Position numbers and translations under genes: made by a program. From Callorhinchus milii (Eukaryota): a stretch of 64,000 bases of DNA. The DNA lies in assembly GCF_018977255.1 (NCBI RefSeq), contig NW_024704742.1, positions 30,010,001 through 30,074,000 on the forward strand, read 5' to 3'. Below are positions 1 through 11,162 of the stretch, piece after piece. Under the pieces are notes generated by a model, which saw only the letters and a list, made by a program, of their open reading frames with translations, did not search any database and was not told the DNA's origin. Position 1 is the stretch's first letter. Each line of letters starts with the position of its first letter.

Positions 1-756
1 TTTAAAAAGAGGATGTTTCCCTTGATCGGCCTTCCCTTCCCACTCGTGTTCAGTCACAAAAGTATCAATGGAAACCTCCAACATTGATGAAGAACAAGTG
101 AACTGCATTACAAATTTATTCCCAGGGCAACTAGCAGAAAAATCGAGAACAGAGTTAAATATTTAACTTTGAGGCGTTTCAATTGCCCAAGATAATTATT
201 GCTCTGCATTCTGTATAACAAAGAAAAAACATATGTTTAAATGCAGTAATTCCTCATGACTCTGAAATAGAAGTTTAGTCATGTGAGCTTAATGTATCCC
301 AATTCACGATAGTGCCAACACTTGTTTCAATAAAACTCTAGCCGAGAAATGTTTCACTTAAAATATACAAAGGAAAAACAGAGTGTAGTCCAGCCGTCAC
401 TTGTCTTTTAATTACCTTGTAGGCTCGCAGCTAGAAAATTCAAATTAATAAGCATCGACAGTATTGAGTGTTCTTGTTTTGGCAGATACTTGCAGGTAGA
501 CATTTAGATATGTGTGCTTGCGATTATTAGCAAAAATGTAGACCAGTATCAAAAAAAAGACTATTAATAAGTGATTATAATGCACTAATGGAGCCAGGAA
601 TCCTTGCAAAACACTATGATTATCTCATCTCTTTAAAAATAATTATGCACATCAGTAGCAGCTTTATTAGTAATATGTGTTGCAATTTGTTAACACATCC
701 ATTTGCAGCAGTTGTGTACCCTGTTTGAAGACCTGCTTTTTGCAGGAAGGAAGTAC

Positions 757-1185
757 ATTTATAATGTTTGTATTTTACATAGAACGTCTGACGTCAGGAG
801 GGCATCTCAAAGCGCTGCGCAAGATTTTGCTGTGAAGAGTAGTGACTGTGTATTTTGTAGGTAAATGTGGCAACCAATTTGTGCACATCTGACACACAAA
901 CAGCCATGAAGTGGATAACCAATTTTATCTGGGAGCATTATTGATCAGGACACTGGAAGGAACTCCCTTTTCTTTTCGAGTACCTTAGCGCCATTTTAAC
1001 ATCCACCTGAACATCCATCTGATGGGGTCTTGGTTAATGTCTCAAAGGATAGCACCTCCAACAATGCTACCCCAAGCACTGTAATGGAGATGTCAACCTG
1101 GGCTGTATGTTTAAAGTCTTAATGTTTCATTGAACCCACAATCGTTATGACTCAGAGGCAAGAATGCTATGGAGTGAGTCATTCT
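757..1185 (-). mobile_element. DeuSINE (SacSINE1/AmnSINE-like) copy
   Basis: Reverse of CAGGTGGATGTTAAAA..GGCGCT..CGAAAAGAAAAGGGAGTTCC..GTGTCCTG (Deu domain), tRNA-like head and L2-type tail. Confidence 0.75.
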
Positions 1186-2026
1186 AGCATATTTTGTTTA
1201 GAAGGGTTATTGAACAAATGACTTCCAGGCAAGAACAAGAATGCAAAGACCAAGGAGAGCATGACAGCAGAGGATCACACTATTGTTACAATACAGGATG
1301 GTTCATGTAATTATTTTATGAATGCTTCTGCCCTTTCCTTCATTGGGAACAGTTTTTTCATCTTCATCTTTGGAATGCTACCACCAGCTGCTCCATTACC
1401 AAGGCTATGAATTCAGGCCAGTATATGCGCCAGATCGGGACTAATGACAAGCTACTCCTTGGAAGCGTACAGTGTCTCTTGCAGATTCAAACACAAATTG
1501 AATTAAAACGAATTTATTAAATGTTGAATGATTAAGGTAATCAGCAGTACTGCAATCACACAAGTACAGAGGCAAACAAACCCTTTTCTGTCCAATTGTA
1601 CTATTGTGTGATACATTTAATTTGAGACTTGTGCATCAATGTCTTGTACTGTTTGTATAAAACATAGCCACACCTAACCTCCAATAAAGTATTTTATTTC
1701 CTGGTTTCTTCGTATTCACCAAACACTTTCCTTTTGAACTTTGGTTCTGAATTATTCGGTAGTTGATTTCCTGGAAACAATCCACATCTCAAACTAATTT
1801 GCCCGACATTATTTAATGCATTCTAGATTTGAATTATGCTTTGGATGAGGCACAAATCTTACTGAAAGTCCAAGTTCTGCAGGAAAATATTGAAACAGTA
1901 TCTTGGCTGGCTGTAATACTAGGTTTCATCCACCAACCTAAGAGAAGTACCTCCTCCTTAAACACAATCTCCAGATCTAATGAAAAATGTATCTCAAACC
2001 TTTGTTAAAAGGAGGTCCTAGATTTG

Positions 2027-2540
2027 CAGATAATCCAGAACTCTGCAGCCCGTGTCCTCTCCCGCACCAAACTCTGTGACCTCATTCTCGCCCGACTCCA
2101 TTGACTCCCTATCCTTCAGAGGATCCTGTTCAAAATCCTGGTTCTCACCTACAAAGCCCTCCATGGCCTCGCTCGACCCTATCACTGTGGCCTCCTAAAC
2201 CCCTACCAACCCTTCCGCTCCCTCCCCTCAGCCGGCTCCAGCCTGCTCCAAGTCTCCCAACCCACCAGCCCCATCATTGGCGGGAGAGCCTTCATCCACT
2301 CTGCCCCCAAACTCTGGAACTCTATCCCCCCAATCACTCCGCCTCACCCCCTCTTTAGCCTCCTTCAAGTCCCACCTCAAAACTCTCCTCTTTGACTATG
2401 CCATTGGTCACCCCCTTCCCCTCCCTTCTCCCTCCCTGACCCCAGCTTGGGTCTGAAATGCTGTACACTGTCCAGCGCCTTGGGACGTCCTCCTGATGTG
2501 AAAGGTGCTATACAAATGTAATCTTGTTGTTGTTGTTGTT
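2027..2540 (+). mobile_element. L2-clade LINE 3' fragment
   Basis: Decayed ORF2 C-terminus ([11 protein letters not shown]...), pyrimidine-rich 3'UTR, stem-loop tail and (TTG)n. Confidence 0.88.
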
Positions 2541-2584
2541 ATTTTCCAAGATGAACTCTCTGCTATATTTGGCACTGCACTGCA

Positions 2585-3139
2585 CCCAACTCCTCCCTCC
2601 ATAGGCTGCAGATCATCCAAAACTCTGCAGCCCGTGTCCTCTCCCGCACCAGGCTTCGCGACCCTATTAATCGCATCCTTACCCAACTCCACTGGCTTCC
2701 GATCACACAGAGAGTACAGTTCAAGATCCTGGTACACACCTTCAAAGCCCTCCACGGTCTTGCTCCCCCCCTACCTCCCCAACCTCCTAACCCCCTACCA
2801 CCCTGTTCACTCCCTCCGCTCAGCAGGCTCCGGCCAGCTTCACGTCCCCCGCCTTGCTCGCCCTACTATTGGCAGGCAGGCTTTCCGCCTATCTGCACCC
2901 ACCCTCTGGAACTCCATCCCATAGTCCCTCTGTCTCACCCCCTCCTTCACCACCTTCAAGGCTCACCTCAAGACCGTCCTCTTCAACCGTATTTTCAATC
3001 TTCTTGCTTCCACCCCTGCCCTCCACTCTCCTGCGCCCCGACCCCCAGCTCGGGTCTGTAACTCTGTCTGTCCAGCGCTTTGGGGCCTCCTCCCGACATG
3101 AAAGGCACTATACAAATGTAATTTTGTTGTTGTTGTTGC
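2585..3139 (+). mobile_element. L2-clade LINE 3' fragment, tandem to the previous one
   Basis: HSLRSAGSGQLHVPRLARPTIGRQAFRLSAPTLWNSIP; (TTG)n tail. Confidence 0.9.
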
Positions 3140-4140
3140 GCTTATCCGCCCATTCACGGAATTTATCTCAGCTGATTTCAACCAATGTCTCTGATTGTTG
3201 CGATATTCATGTTATCTTACTTGGGATTCACCTTTGTTCACCTGAAACTCTCATCTGAAATGCAAGAAATCATATCCCAAGATCAATTTGGATGAAGGAA
3301 GTCCTTCAGCCTATTTGATCTCATCCATCCAGAATGCCCATCCTATCATTTTACCATCACTGTATTAAGCTGCTTCTTAAATGAATCCGGTGTCCTAGCC
3401 GTTACCACCCTACCTGACAATCTGTTCCAGTCATTAATTATCTTCTGGGTAAAAAAAAACTTGTTGTCTGGTGCACCCTAAAGTATTGTACTGGGTTTAA
3501 TTTTTCAATCTTATTTGAAAACGTTTATAAAATTGTGTGTAGGATCCCCTCTGAGACATCTTTCAAAACTGAAGAGCCCTAGCTTAACTACTCGTTGCTC
3601 ATAGTTCATCCCTCTAACACTGGGAATCATCCTCATTGCTCGCTGAAACTGCCTCTAGGACCTCAGTAGCCTTATGTTGCAGCGACTAGAACTGTACATG
3701 GTAATCTGGGCACAGACTGACCAGAGCACGATATAGCTTGATTATGACAACTGGGGATCTGAAGTCAACTGACCTTTATTCCCACGCTCATCACCTTCCC
3801 CTCTGAGATCATGATGTGATTATCATAAGGGCAGAAAATGCAATTGTTTTGTGTCTTTAACAATTAAGATCATAAATCAGTTTTGGATGAAGAAGGTCCT
3901 TCAGATCTCACACTTTCAGAATACACTTTTAATCACAGCGTTATGCCATTTCTTAAACAGATGCTGATCTCGACCATCTTTCATGGTAACACATTCCAGT
4001 CTTTAATTATCCTCTGTGTGAAGAAATAGTTGTTGGTGTTTGATTTGAAATTTCTCTACACAACTCTGAACCTGTTCCATCTTGTTCTACTGCTTTGACA
4101 TATCTGAAAGCATTTGTACGTACATATCTGAAAGCATACA

Positions 4141-4176
<36 letters not shown>

Positions 4177-4394
4177 TACATACATGTCCTGTCTGCCTGC
4201 CTCCCTGCCTGCCTGGTGGATGTTAAAGATCCCATGGAATTATTTGAAAGGAAAAGGGAGTTTCTCCCGGTATACTGGCCAACAGTCCCCAAATAAAATT
4301 GGTTCTCACTTCATGGCTGAAGTATTGCACTCTACGGTATATCAAGTGAAGGAGGATATCGAGACATCCTCCTACATGAAAGGCTCTATATGAA

Positions 4395-4971
4395 ACGCAA
4401 AGATTTTTTTTGTTCAGACAGGTGTCTAACACATCAGAAACCAATCACTATGCTCAGGAGTATCCAAACCAAGCTGAGAATTCCATATATCCCACTTACA
4501 CTAAAAATCCCAGAGATAAATTGTTGGAATGAATGCGCACTCTCTCCCTGGAGGGATGCATCCTGCTTACCTAATTCCGGAAAGTAGTAGGTGGAGGTTG
4601 GCAAGAGTAAAGAATTAGGGACACCAGAGTGTGCATTGCTGGAGTCTAACCACCTAAAGCTGCATAGCTTTCCCATTGATATCACGAATTTCATGCTTGT
4701 CCAGCTAGGTCCAACCTACCCATTGGGGCTTTGGCTTGCTTGGTTAACAGGAGCTGAGTGGGAGGGTTCCCTGCCACGGTCACTAGTCTTCCCTTTCCTG
4801 ATACTGAACCAGGCTGACTATGGTGTCATTAGCAATGCCCTAGAATACTGTGGATCCGCCAGGCTCAGAAACCGGATTACCAAGAACGTAACGGAGGGAT
4901 GGCTTGATTCCAACATTCTGTTGCCAAACATGTCACCTTGGAACCAGTTCAGCTCCAAAGAGACCCTACCC
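4395..4971 (+). repeat. Unclassified ~600-bp interspersed repeat (longest copy)
   Basis: Reverse-strand partial copies at about 15970-16235, 24845-25125, 33262-33695, 38605-38835 and 63215-63410. Confidence 0.8.
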
Positions 4972-4973
4972 GT

Positions 4974-5287
4974 GCAGTCCTGTAGCTCAGTGGTTAGAGC
5001 ACTCGCTTTGCAAGCTAGAGACCTGAGTTCAATTCCAGGCAGAGGGCGAAACCTTGGGCAAGTTTCCTTACTCCACACGCCTAATAATAATCCCTCAAAA
5101 AAACAAAACAATAATAAAATTGGTCATTTTCAATCTACGACTGTTTGTGGGACATTGCTGTGCGCAATTGGCTGCCGCGTTCGCCCACAAATATACAGTC
5201 AATTCACCTTACAGCATATTCTGTGAAGTGCTTTGAGACATCTAGAAGACGTGAAAAGTGCTATATCAAATGCAAGGATTATTATTA
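4974..5287 (+). mobile_element. tRNA-Ala-derived SINE, short subfamily, L2-type tail
   Basis: Head GTCCTGTAGCTCAGTGGTTAGAGC (A box) ... GTTCAATTCC (B box), anticodon loop TTTGCAA; tail ...AAATGCAAGGATTATTATT. Confidence 0.9.
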
Positions 5288-6265
5288 AGGTAAAGCACTT
5301 TAAGTTATTTTGACACTGTGATAAGGCAAACACAAGGGTTATTAACACTTCAAAGAATGTTTCATTCAAAACATGATCGGGATTTGCTGTTTAATAATAG
5401 AAAATCAAAGCAGTATGTTCTATAGGCATAAAACTTCAAGGTAATGTATATATTTTTTATTTCTGATTGTTTTAATGTTCTTGCAATAGTTTTACTTGTC
5501 CCGCTGCATCACGTCTTCTCCCCTTCTCCAGCCCTATCTTTAGAATTATCTTCCATTTCACTTGCTGATCGATTGATCTGTGCAATTCCAGCTCTGTCTG
5601 GTTTTGCAATTGTCCTGCTTGTGGTGACCTGCTTCTGTGGGAGCAAAGCTTGAGCCAAAGTGACTCATTTCCAACTTGGGGGCTTGACCTAGACCAACCA
5701 ATAAACAGAGCGTGAGCCGGCAGGACTGTCAATGGCAGGGAGGAAGCAATGATCTGAATGACACAATTGGCCGGGGGTTTTGCCGAGGGTGTATCACTGC
5801 AAAGTGGTGTCAGGCTTCTGGAAGTTTCACATCCTCCCGACGTGAAAAGCGCTATACTAAATGCAAGGATTATTATTATTATTACCCGCCTTCCGGAGGC
5901 TAGATCACAGAAATGATTATCTTATATAGTTGAGTTAATATCACTCCTCTTGTATTCTAGTAAATGCTGTACAAACAAATTCTTCAAAAACCTACATCCT
6001 TTTCAATTAAAAAAACTGACCTCTATTTTATAAATAGGCTATTATAAACATACTATAGCTATTGGGCAGAGAGGGAGAGGTAGGAGAAAATCAGATAATT
6101 ATTTCTGTAACACAAACTGCTTTCAGTTTTTCGATGTTATAATACAATAAATTAACTGGCTTGTTTTCATATGTAACAATTGCTTTTCACTACAATTTAA
6201 GGTCATATGCATACTTACCACCCAAGCATAACTGCTGCATTCTCACCCACCTCCCATAAGAATAT

Positions 6266-6610
6266 TCATTGGATTTGATATAGCATCTTTCACATTGGGA
6301 GGATGTCTCAAAGCTCTTCATAGGATTCAACTGTAAAGTGTCATAACTGTATTTTGTAGGAGAATGCTGAGGGCAATTTACACACAGCGATGTCAAACAA
6401 ACAGTCATGAAGTGAATGGCCAATTTTATTTGGGGGATTGCTGGCCAGAACACCAGGGGAAACTCCCTTCTCTTTTTGAATAGTGCCGTTGGATGATTAA
6501 CATCCACCTGTATAGGCAGAAGGGATGCTTTGTAAGGACAACACCTCTGACAATGCAAGGCGACCCCAGGACTGCACTGGAGTGTCAGCGTAGACCATGT
6601 GCAGCATAGA
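6266..6610 (-). mobile_element. DeuSINE copy
   Basis: Reverse of GCTGACACTCCAGTGCAGT...CAGGTGGATGTTAA...GGCACTATTCAAAAAGAGAAGGGAGTTTCCC. Confidence 0.8.
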
Positions 6611-6997
6611 ACCTTACACACGTAGCAAGCCTTTCAAAAACAACCGCTCTGTTCAGATGAGCCACGTTAGTTAACACCATACCATTTTATAAATAGATAA
6701 TATAACCTCAATTGGTCATCTTTTGGGCGCAATCGATAACTATTTTTGCCCACAAAACACACACAGTTACTCCACTTTACAGTATATCCTGTGAAGCGCT
6801 TTGAGATGTCTTGACAATGTGATAAGGCACTTTATCAAATGCAAGGATTATTATTGTTAATTACTTTGCGAGCAGGTGACAGGACCGACTGGTGCGAATT
6901 TGAGCCTTTGGTTGACTGGACACACCAGCCTTCAACACACCCATCGACCGAGCCTCTGCCGTTCAAGGAAAGAGAACGTGTAAGAAGTGAACCTCAC

Positions 6998-7088
6998 CTT
7001 TGAAATTGAGCCAGGAAACGTACAGCGACAGAGAGAGAAAGGCACCCAAGACGAGAAGTGTTAGAACATTTGCAATCCGGAGCCTCAT
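6998..7088 (-). CDS. MGAT4D: First coding exon of an MGAT4-family N-acetylglucosaminyltransferase IV (cytoplasmic tail plus signal anchor); positional ortholog of MGAT4D
   Basis: Translates MRLRIANVLTLLVLGAFLSLSLYVSWLNFK(G), close to the MGAT4A/B N-terminus (MRLRNGT..LLL..AFLSLSWY). Ends in a phase-1 AAAG|GTGAGG donor. Head-to-head with ELMOD2, as human MGAT4D is. The symbol rests on synteny; downstream exons were not found in the window. Confidence 0.75.
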
Positions 7089-7850
7089 TTCATGACATCT
7101 CACGAGATCCTCATCCAGCGATAGCGGGCGCTGCTGGGCACGGGCTGGGCGGACCACTCCGCTGTCTGGCAAGCTTTGACCGCTGCTTGCCCAGCTAGGA
7201 CCACCCGACCCGTTAAGGGCTTTGGCTTGCGGGCTCAACGGGAGCGGAAGAATTCCCTGCCTTCTTCCCCCCCCGCCCGCCCGCCCCCCCAAGTGACCGG
7301 TCCGCCCTTTCGGGGCTCCTGACGATGAGCCAGGCTGGGCTGGTGGGATGCTCTGGGGATGTCCAGGTAGATCAGTGCTGCCTCTCAGACACGCAAAGAC
7401 GCCAAGTCCGCTGTTCACCTTCGGTCTCCTCTAACAGTTGCTCCCTGAAGTCAAGTCGCTGTGCACCTGGTTGCTGCTCACCAACATCACATCCAACCCC
7501 CTTTTTCTCCTCCTCCTCCTCCTCCTTCTCCTCCTCCTCTACAGGTGGTCCCACCTTCACACCCCAGCAGCACTTCTCTTGTTTAAACTCTTCCCCCCTC
7601 CCCCCCCCCCCCCCCACCACCCTCAGTCCCTCTCTGGCTATCTCTGTTGGTTGCTCTTTTCTGACACAGCCTTCAGATCAGTTTGACTCCCCCCCCCCCC
7701 TCTCTCAGCCTTGGGTACATGCGAGAGCTTCAGCTCTCAGGCACCGACTGCAGTTGCTTCCTCTTTCTCTCCTTTCTCTTTCTCTCCTCTCTCTCTCGCA
7801 TTGCACGTTACAGACTCCGCCCTTTCTTTCACTTTCCACACTTCCTCCTG
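7089..7850 (-). promoter_or_regulatory. GC-rich 5'UTR/promoter region of the MGAT4 gene
   Basis: CpG-rich at 7080-7430, GC boxes (GGGCGGGCGGGCGGG at about 7267-7290), then purine-rich tracts on the minus strand; TSS not determinable. Confidence 0.5.
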
Positions 7851-8077
7851 CTGTCAGCTCTATCCATCCATCCCATCCATCCATCCATCCCTCTCCCTCT
7901 CTCTCTGTCTCTCTGTCTCTCTCTTTCGAGATCTGTTGTGCACTTAAACATTATGCAATGCTTAACCTGATCTCAAATCTCTTTCAGGGGGTTTTGCTCA
8001 CAACTCCCTCTGGATCCATCCATGCGTCTGTCTGTGTTTCTCTGGTATTTTGCCTGTGTGGATGTGGTCTGCATGTA

Positions 8078-8122
<45 letters not shown>

Positions 8123-8410
8123 CTCCCTCTCTCTTCCACTTGTGTCTGCTTCTCCAACTCTCTTGGGGTGTTGTTTCTTGCAGGTGTACCTCCTGTGCTC
8201 CAGTGTGTGTGTGTGTGTGTGTGTGTCCAGATTGCTTTATGACTTTATCTCTTGGTTTCTCAATGAGTATCTGTGTGTGTGTTGGTGTGTATCTGGATGG
8301 CTCTATCACTATGTGTGTGTGTGTGTGTGTGTGTGTGGATTGTTCTCAGTATGTGCAGGTGTGTGTTTCTGTGGCTTTTAAGTGTGTGTGTGTGTGTGAG
8401 TGAGTGAGTG
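8078..8410. repeat. Cluster of (TG)n microsatellites
   Basis: Several interrupted TG runs. Confidence 0.95.
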
Positions 8411-8454
8411 TGCATATGTCCCTGTTGCTCTATTTGTGTGTGTGTCTCTCTCTC

Positions 8455-8840
8455 CAGTATTGCTCTGCTTTGAGTGCTGTGTGTGAGTGTTTGTCCCTCT
8501 CTCTCTACTATTGCTGTTATAATTGCTGTGTGTCTCTTTCTCTCTCTAATATTGCTCTGTTATAATTGCTGTGTCTCTCTCTAATATTGCTCTGTTATAA
8601 TTGCTGTCTCTCTCTCTAATATTGCTCTGTTATAATTGCTGTGTCTCTCTCTAATATTGCTCTGTTATAATTGCTGTGTCTCTCTCTAATATTGCTCTGT
8701 TATAATTGCTGTGTGTCTCTTTCTCTAATATTGCTCTGTTATATTTGCTGTGTCTCTCTCTAATATTGCTCTGTTATACTTGCTGTGTGTGTATATGTGT
8801 GTCTCTCTCTCTAGTATTGCTCTGTTGTAACTGCTGTGAC
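8455..8840. repeat. 35-bp minisatellite (TAATATTGCTCTGTTATAATTGCTGTGTCTCTCTC), about 7 core copies plus degenerate flanks
   Basis: TAATATTGC recurs at 8547, 8582, 8617, 8652, 8687, about 8725 and 8761. Confidence 0.95.
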
Positions 8841-9269
8841 TGTGTGTCTTTCTCTCTCCCCTGTGCTGCTGTGTGTGCCTGTTGCTGTCTGTCTGGTTCG
8901 CACAGAAAGGCTGTGTCCAGAGAGTAACTTTCTCTGCCCCCCCATTTCAACTTTACTCCACACTTGGGCTCATTGCCTCTTGACTCTCCTCGCTGGTCCC
9001 TGGTGGCTTGTTTTACTGTCAACTGTGCTTAGATTTTCGATGCAAATAACCAGAACAGTCTGCGTCGTTAGGAATAATACAGTATTGCGGTGTATCTGCA
9101 TTCCTAAAGCAACATGTCCTGTGGATTTGTTGCGGTACATACAGTATATTTACTGAGTGAGTGAAGAGAAAATGTTGAAGAGCCACCTAGCGGTACATCC
9201 TGTGCAGTTCAACATCTGTAACTGGTGAAACAAGCACTGTATTTACTTAAAATTGTCATCAAACTAGCA

Positions 9270-9522
9270 CTAATATATATTATTTATTCTCGACTTCTCA
9301 GAACGCTTCGCAGAATAGACTGTAAAGTGAATTGACCGTATATTTGCGGACGAATCGCGGCAACCAATTGCGCACAGCAGTGTCCCACAAACAGTCACAA
9401 ACATTGAAAATGTTTGAACAGTTGAACAGTCCCACAAACATTGTTTGTCTTGGAGGGATTATTATTGGGCATGTGGACTAAAGAAACATGCCCAAGGTTT
9501 CGCCCTGCCTGGAATTGAGCCA
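9270..9522 (-). mobile_element. Diverged copy of the tRNA-derived SINE
   Basis: CCCAAGGTTTCGCCCTGCCTGGAATTGA and the GTGAATTGAC segment shared with other copies. Confidence 0.75.
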
Positions 9523-9929
9523 GGAACCAAGAACTGATTAGAGCAATGGGTGTTGTTTAGAGCAATGTGCAAATTTCCAAAGAAGCATAATCTTGTAGCT
9601 TCTCACAGTGTGTGCATTATAATTTCTTTTTTTTATTTTTAACAAAATCAGCACATGCTAAGCTGGATGTCAGTGCTATCACCATATGCTGCCCAGATGG
9701 CTTGCCTCAAACCCATTGCTCTTTTTCTATGCAAGTTGTAAACGATGCCTTGCAGAGTCATTTCTTTTTTCTTAAGTATTAATGAGTTCAGGCACTCAGT
9801 AATATTAGTATTGTTTAAAGATCCTTTTTTCTTGTTTGCAATTAATTCAGTAAAAAAAAAATCGGTGGCAGTTTGTTGAATCTACAGAAACATGACTGAA
9901 GACCACACCTTATGTAAGAAAGAATATAC

Positions 9930-10434
9930 TCACCTTAGAGGGGCTGCAGCGTAGGGTCACTAGGTTGGTTCCTAGGATGAGGGGGTTGACCTACGAGGAA
10001 AGGTTGAGTAGACTATGCCTATATTCTCTAGAATATCGAAGAATTAGAGGTGATCTTATATAAACCTATAAGATTCTTAAGGGTCTTGACAGGGTAGGTA
10101 ATTTGAGACTGTTTCCCCGGTTGGAGAATCTAAAACTAGGGGTCATAGTCTCAGGATTAAAGGTCAGCCCTTTAGAACTGAGTTGAGAAAACATTTCTTC
10201 ACTCAGAGGGTAGTGAATTTATGGAATTCTCTACCCCAGAAGGCTGTGGATGTCAGTCATTGAACATATTCAAGACTGAGATCGGTAGATTTTTAAAAAC
10301 TAAAGGGATTAAGGGATATGGGGATAGGGCAGCTAAATGGAATTAGGTTAGAAGATCAGCCATGATCTTATTAAATGGCGGGGTGGGCTCGAGGGGCCGA
10401 ATGGCCTACTCCTCCTATTTCTTATGTTCTTAAG
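9930..10434 (+). mobile_element. CR1 LINE 3' end
   Basis: Encodes LEGLQRRVTRLVPRMRGLTYEERLSRL.LYSLEYRRIRGDL; 3'UTR GGGCCGAATGGCCTACTCC..TTCTTATGTTCTT. Confidence 0.9.
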
Positions 10435-10621
10435 AAGGCAGTAACTGATGCATTACCCACTCTGCAAGGTTGCGCCCACAACAGGACTTCTCTTATTTCA
10501 TAGCAAACTTTTGAATGAATTTTTCCAAGAAATGTCCTGTGAGTTTTGAGCAGCATGTTACAATACTGTAAGTATGGGCAGAACAGTATTTACAAATGGA
10601 AACTTTGTAATCCACATTGTA

Positions 10622-11162
10622 TCAGTGTGTCAGTCTGGCTCAGTTGGTAGCACTCTTGCTTCTGAGTCAGACGGTTGTGAATTCAAGTCCACTTTGGGAC
10701 TTTGAACTCAAGAGTGTAGGCTAACACCCCAATACAGTGTGGAGGATGCACTGCACTATTGAAAGTGGCGTCTTTTGGATGAGAGGTCCCGTCTACCTGT
10801 TCTGCTAGACGTTATGTTAAAGACGCTCTAGCGCTATTTAATAATAACAATAATAATAATCCTTGCATTTGATATAGCGCCTTATCGCGTCTTCAAGTCG
10901 TCTCAAACTGTTTCACAGAATATCCTGTAAAGTGAATTGACTGTATTTTGTATACCTGTATTTGACTGTATACCTGACGCAACATACTATTTGAAAACAG
11001 AAGGGAGTTTCTCCCAGTGTCTTCCTGGCCAACAATCCCCCAAATAAAAATGGTCATTCATTTCAAGGCTGTTTGAGGAGATATTGCTGTGTGAAAATCG
11101 GCTACCTTATTCACCTAGAAAATACACAGTCATGACACACTTTACAGTATATCCTGTGAAAC
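10622..11162 (+). mobile_element. DeuSINE interrupted by an inverted SINE tail (about 10841-10985)
   Basis: Head GTCTGGCTCAGTTGGTAGCACTCTTGCTTCTGAGTCAG, Deu domain; CTATTT duplicated around the insert. Confidence 0.8.

Noticed and set aside
3225..3270. Candidate next MGAT4 exon (TTTCAG acceptor on the minus strand)
   Set aside because: Gives an immediate in-frame stop in phase 1 and no MGAT4 stem-region similarity.
4591..5226. 211-aa ORF
   Set aside because: Read-through of the unclassified repeat into a SINE; other copies do not keep the frame.
7325..8403. Long plus-strand ORFs (305 aa and others)
   Set aside because: Translations of pyrimidine tracts and (TG)n microsatellites antisense to the MGAT4 leader; low complexity.
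8455..8840. CRISPR-like array (35-bp period)
   Set aside because: Head-to-tail repeats with no unique spacers; eukaryotic context.
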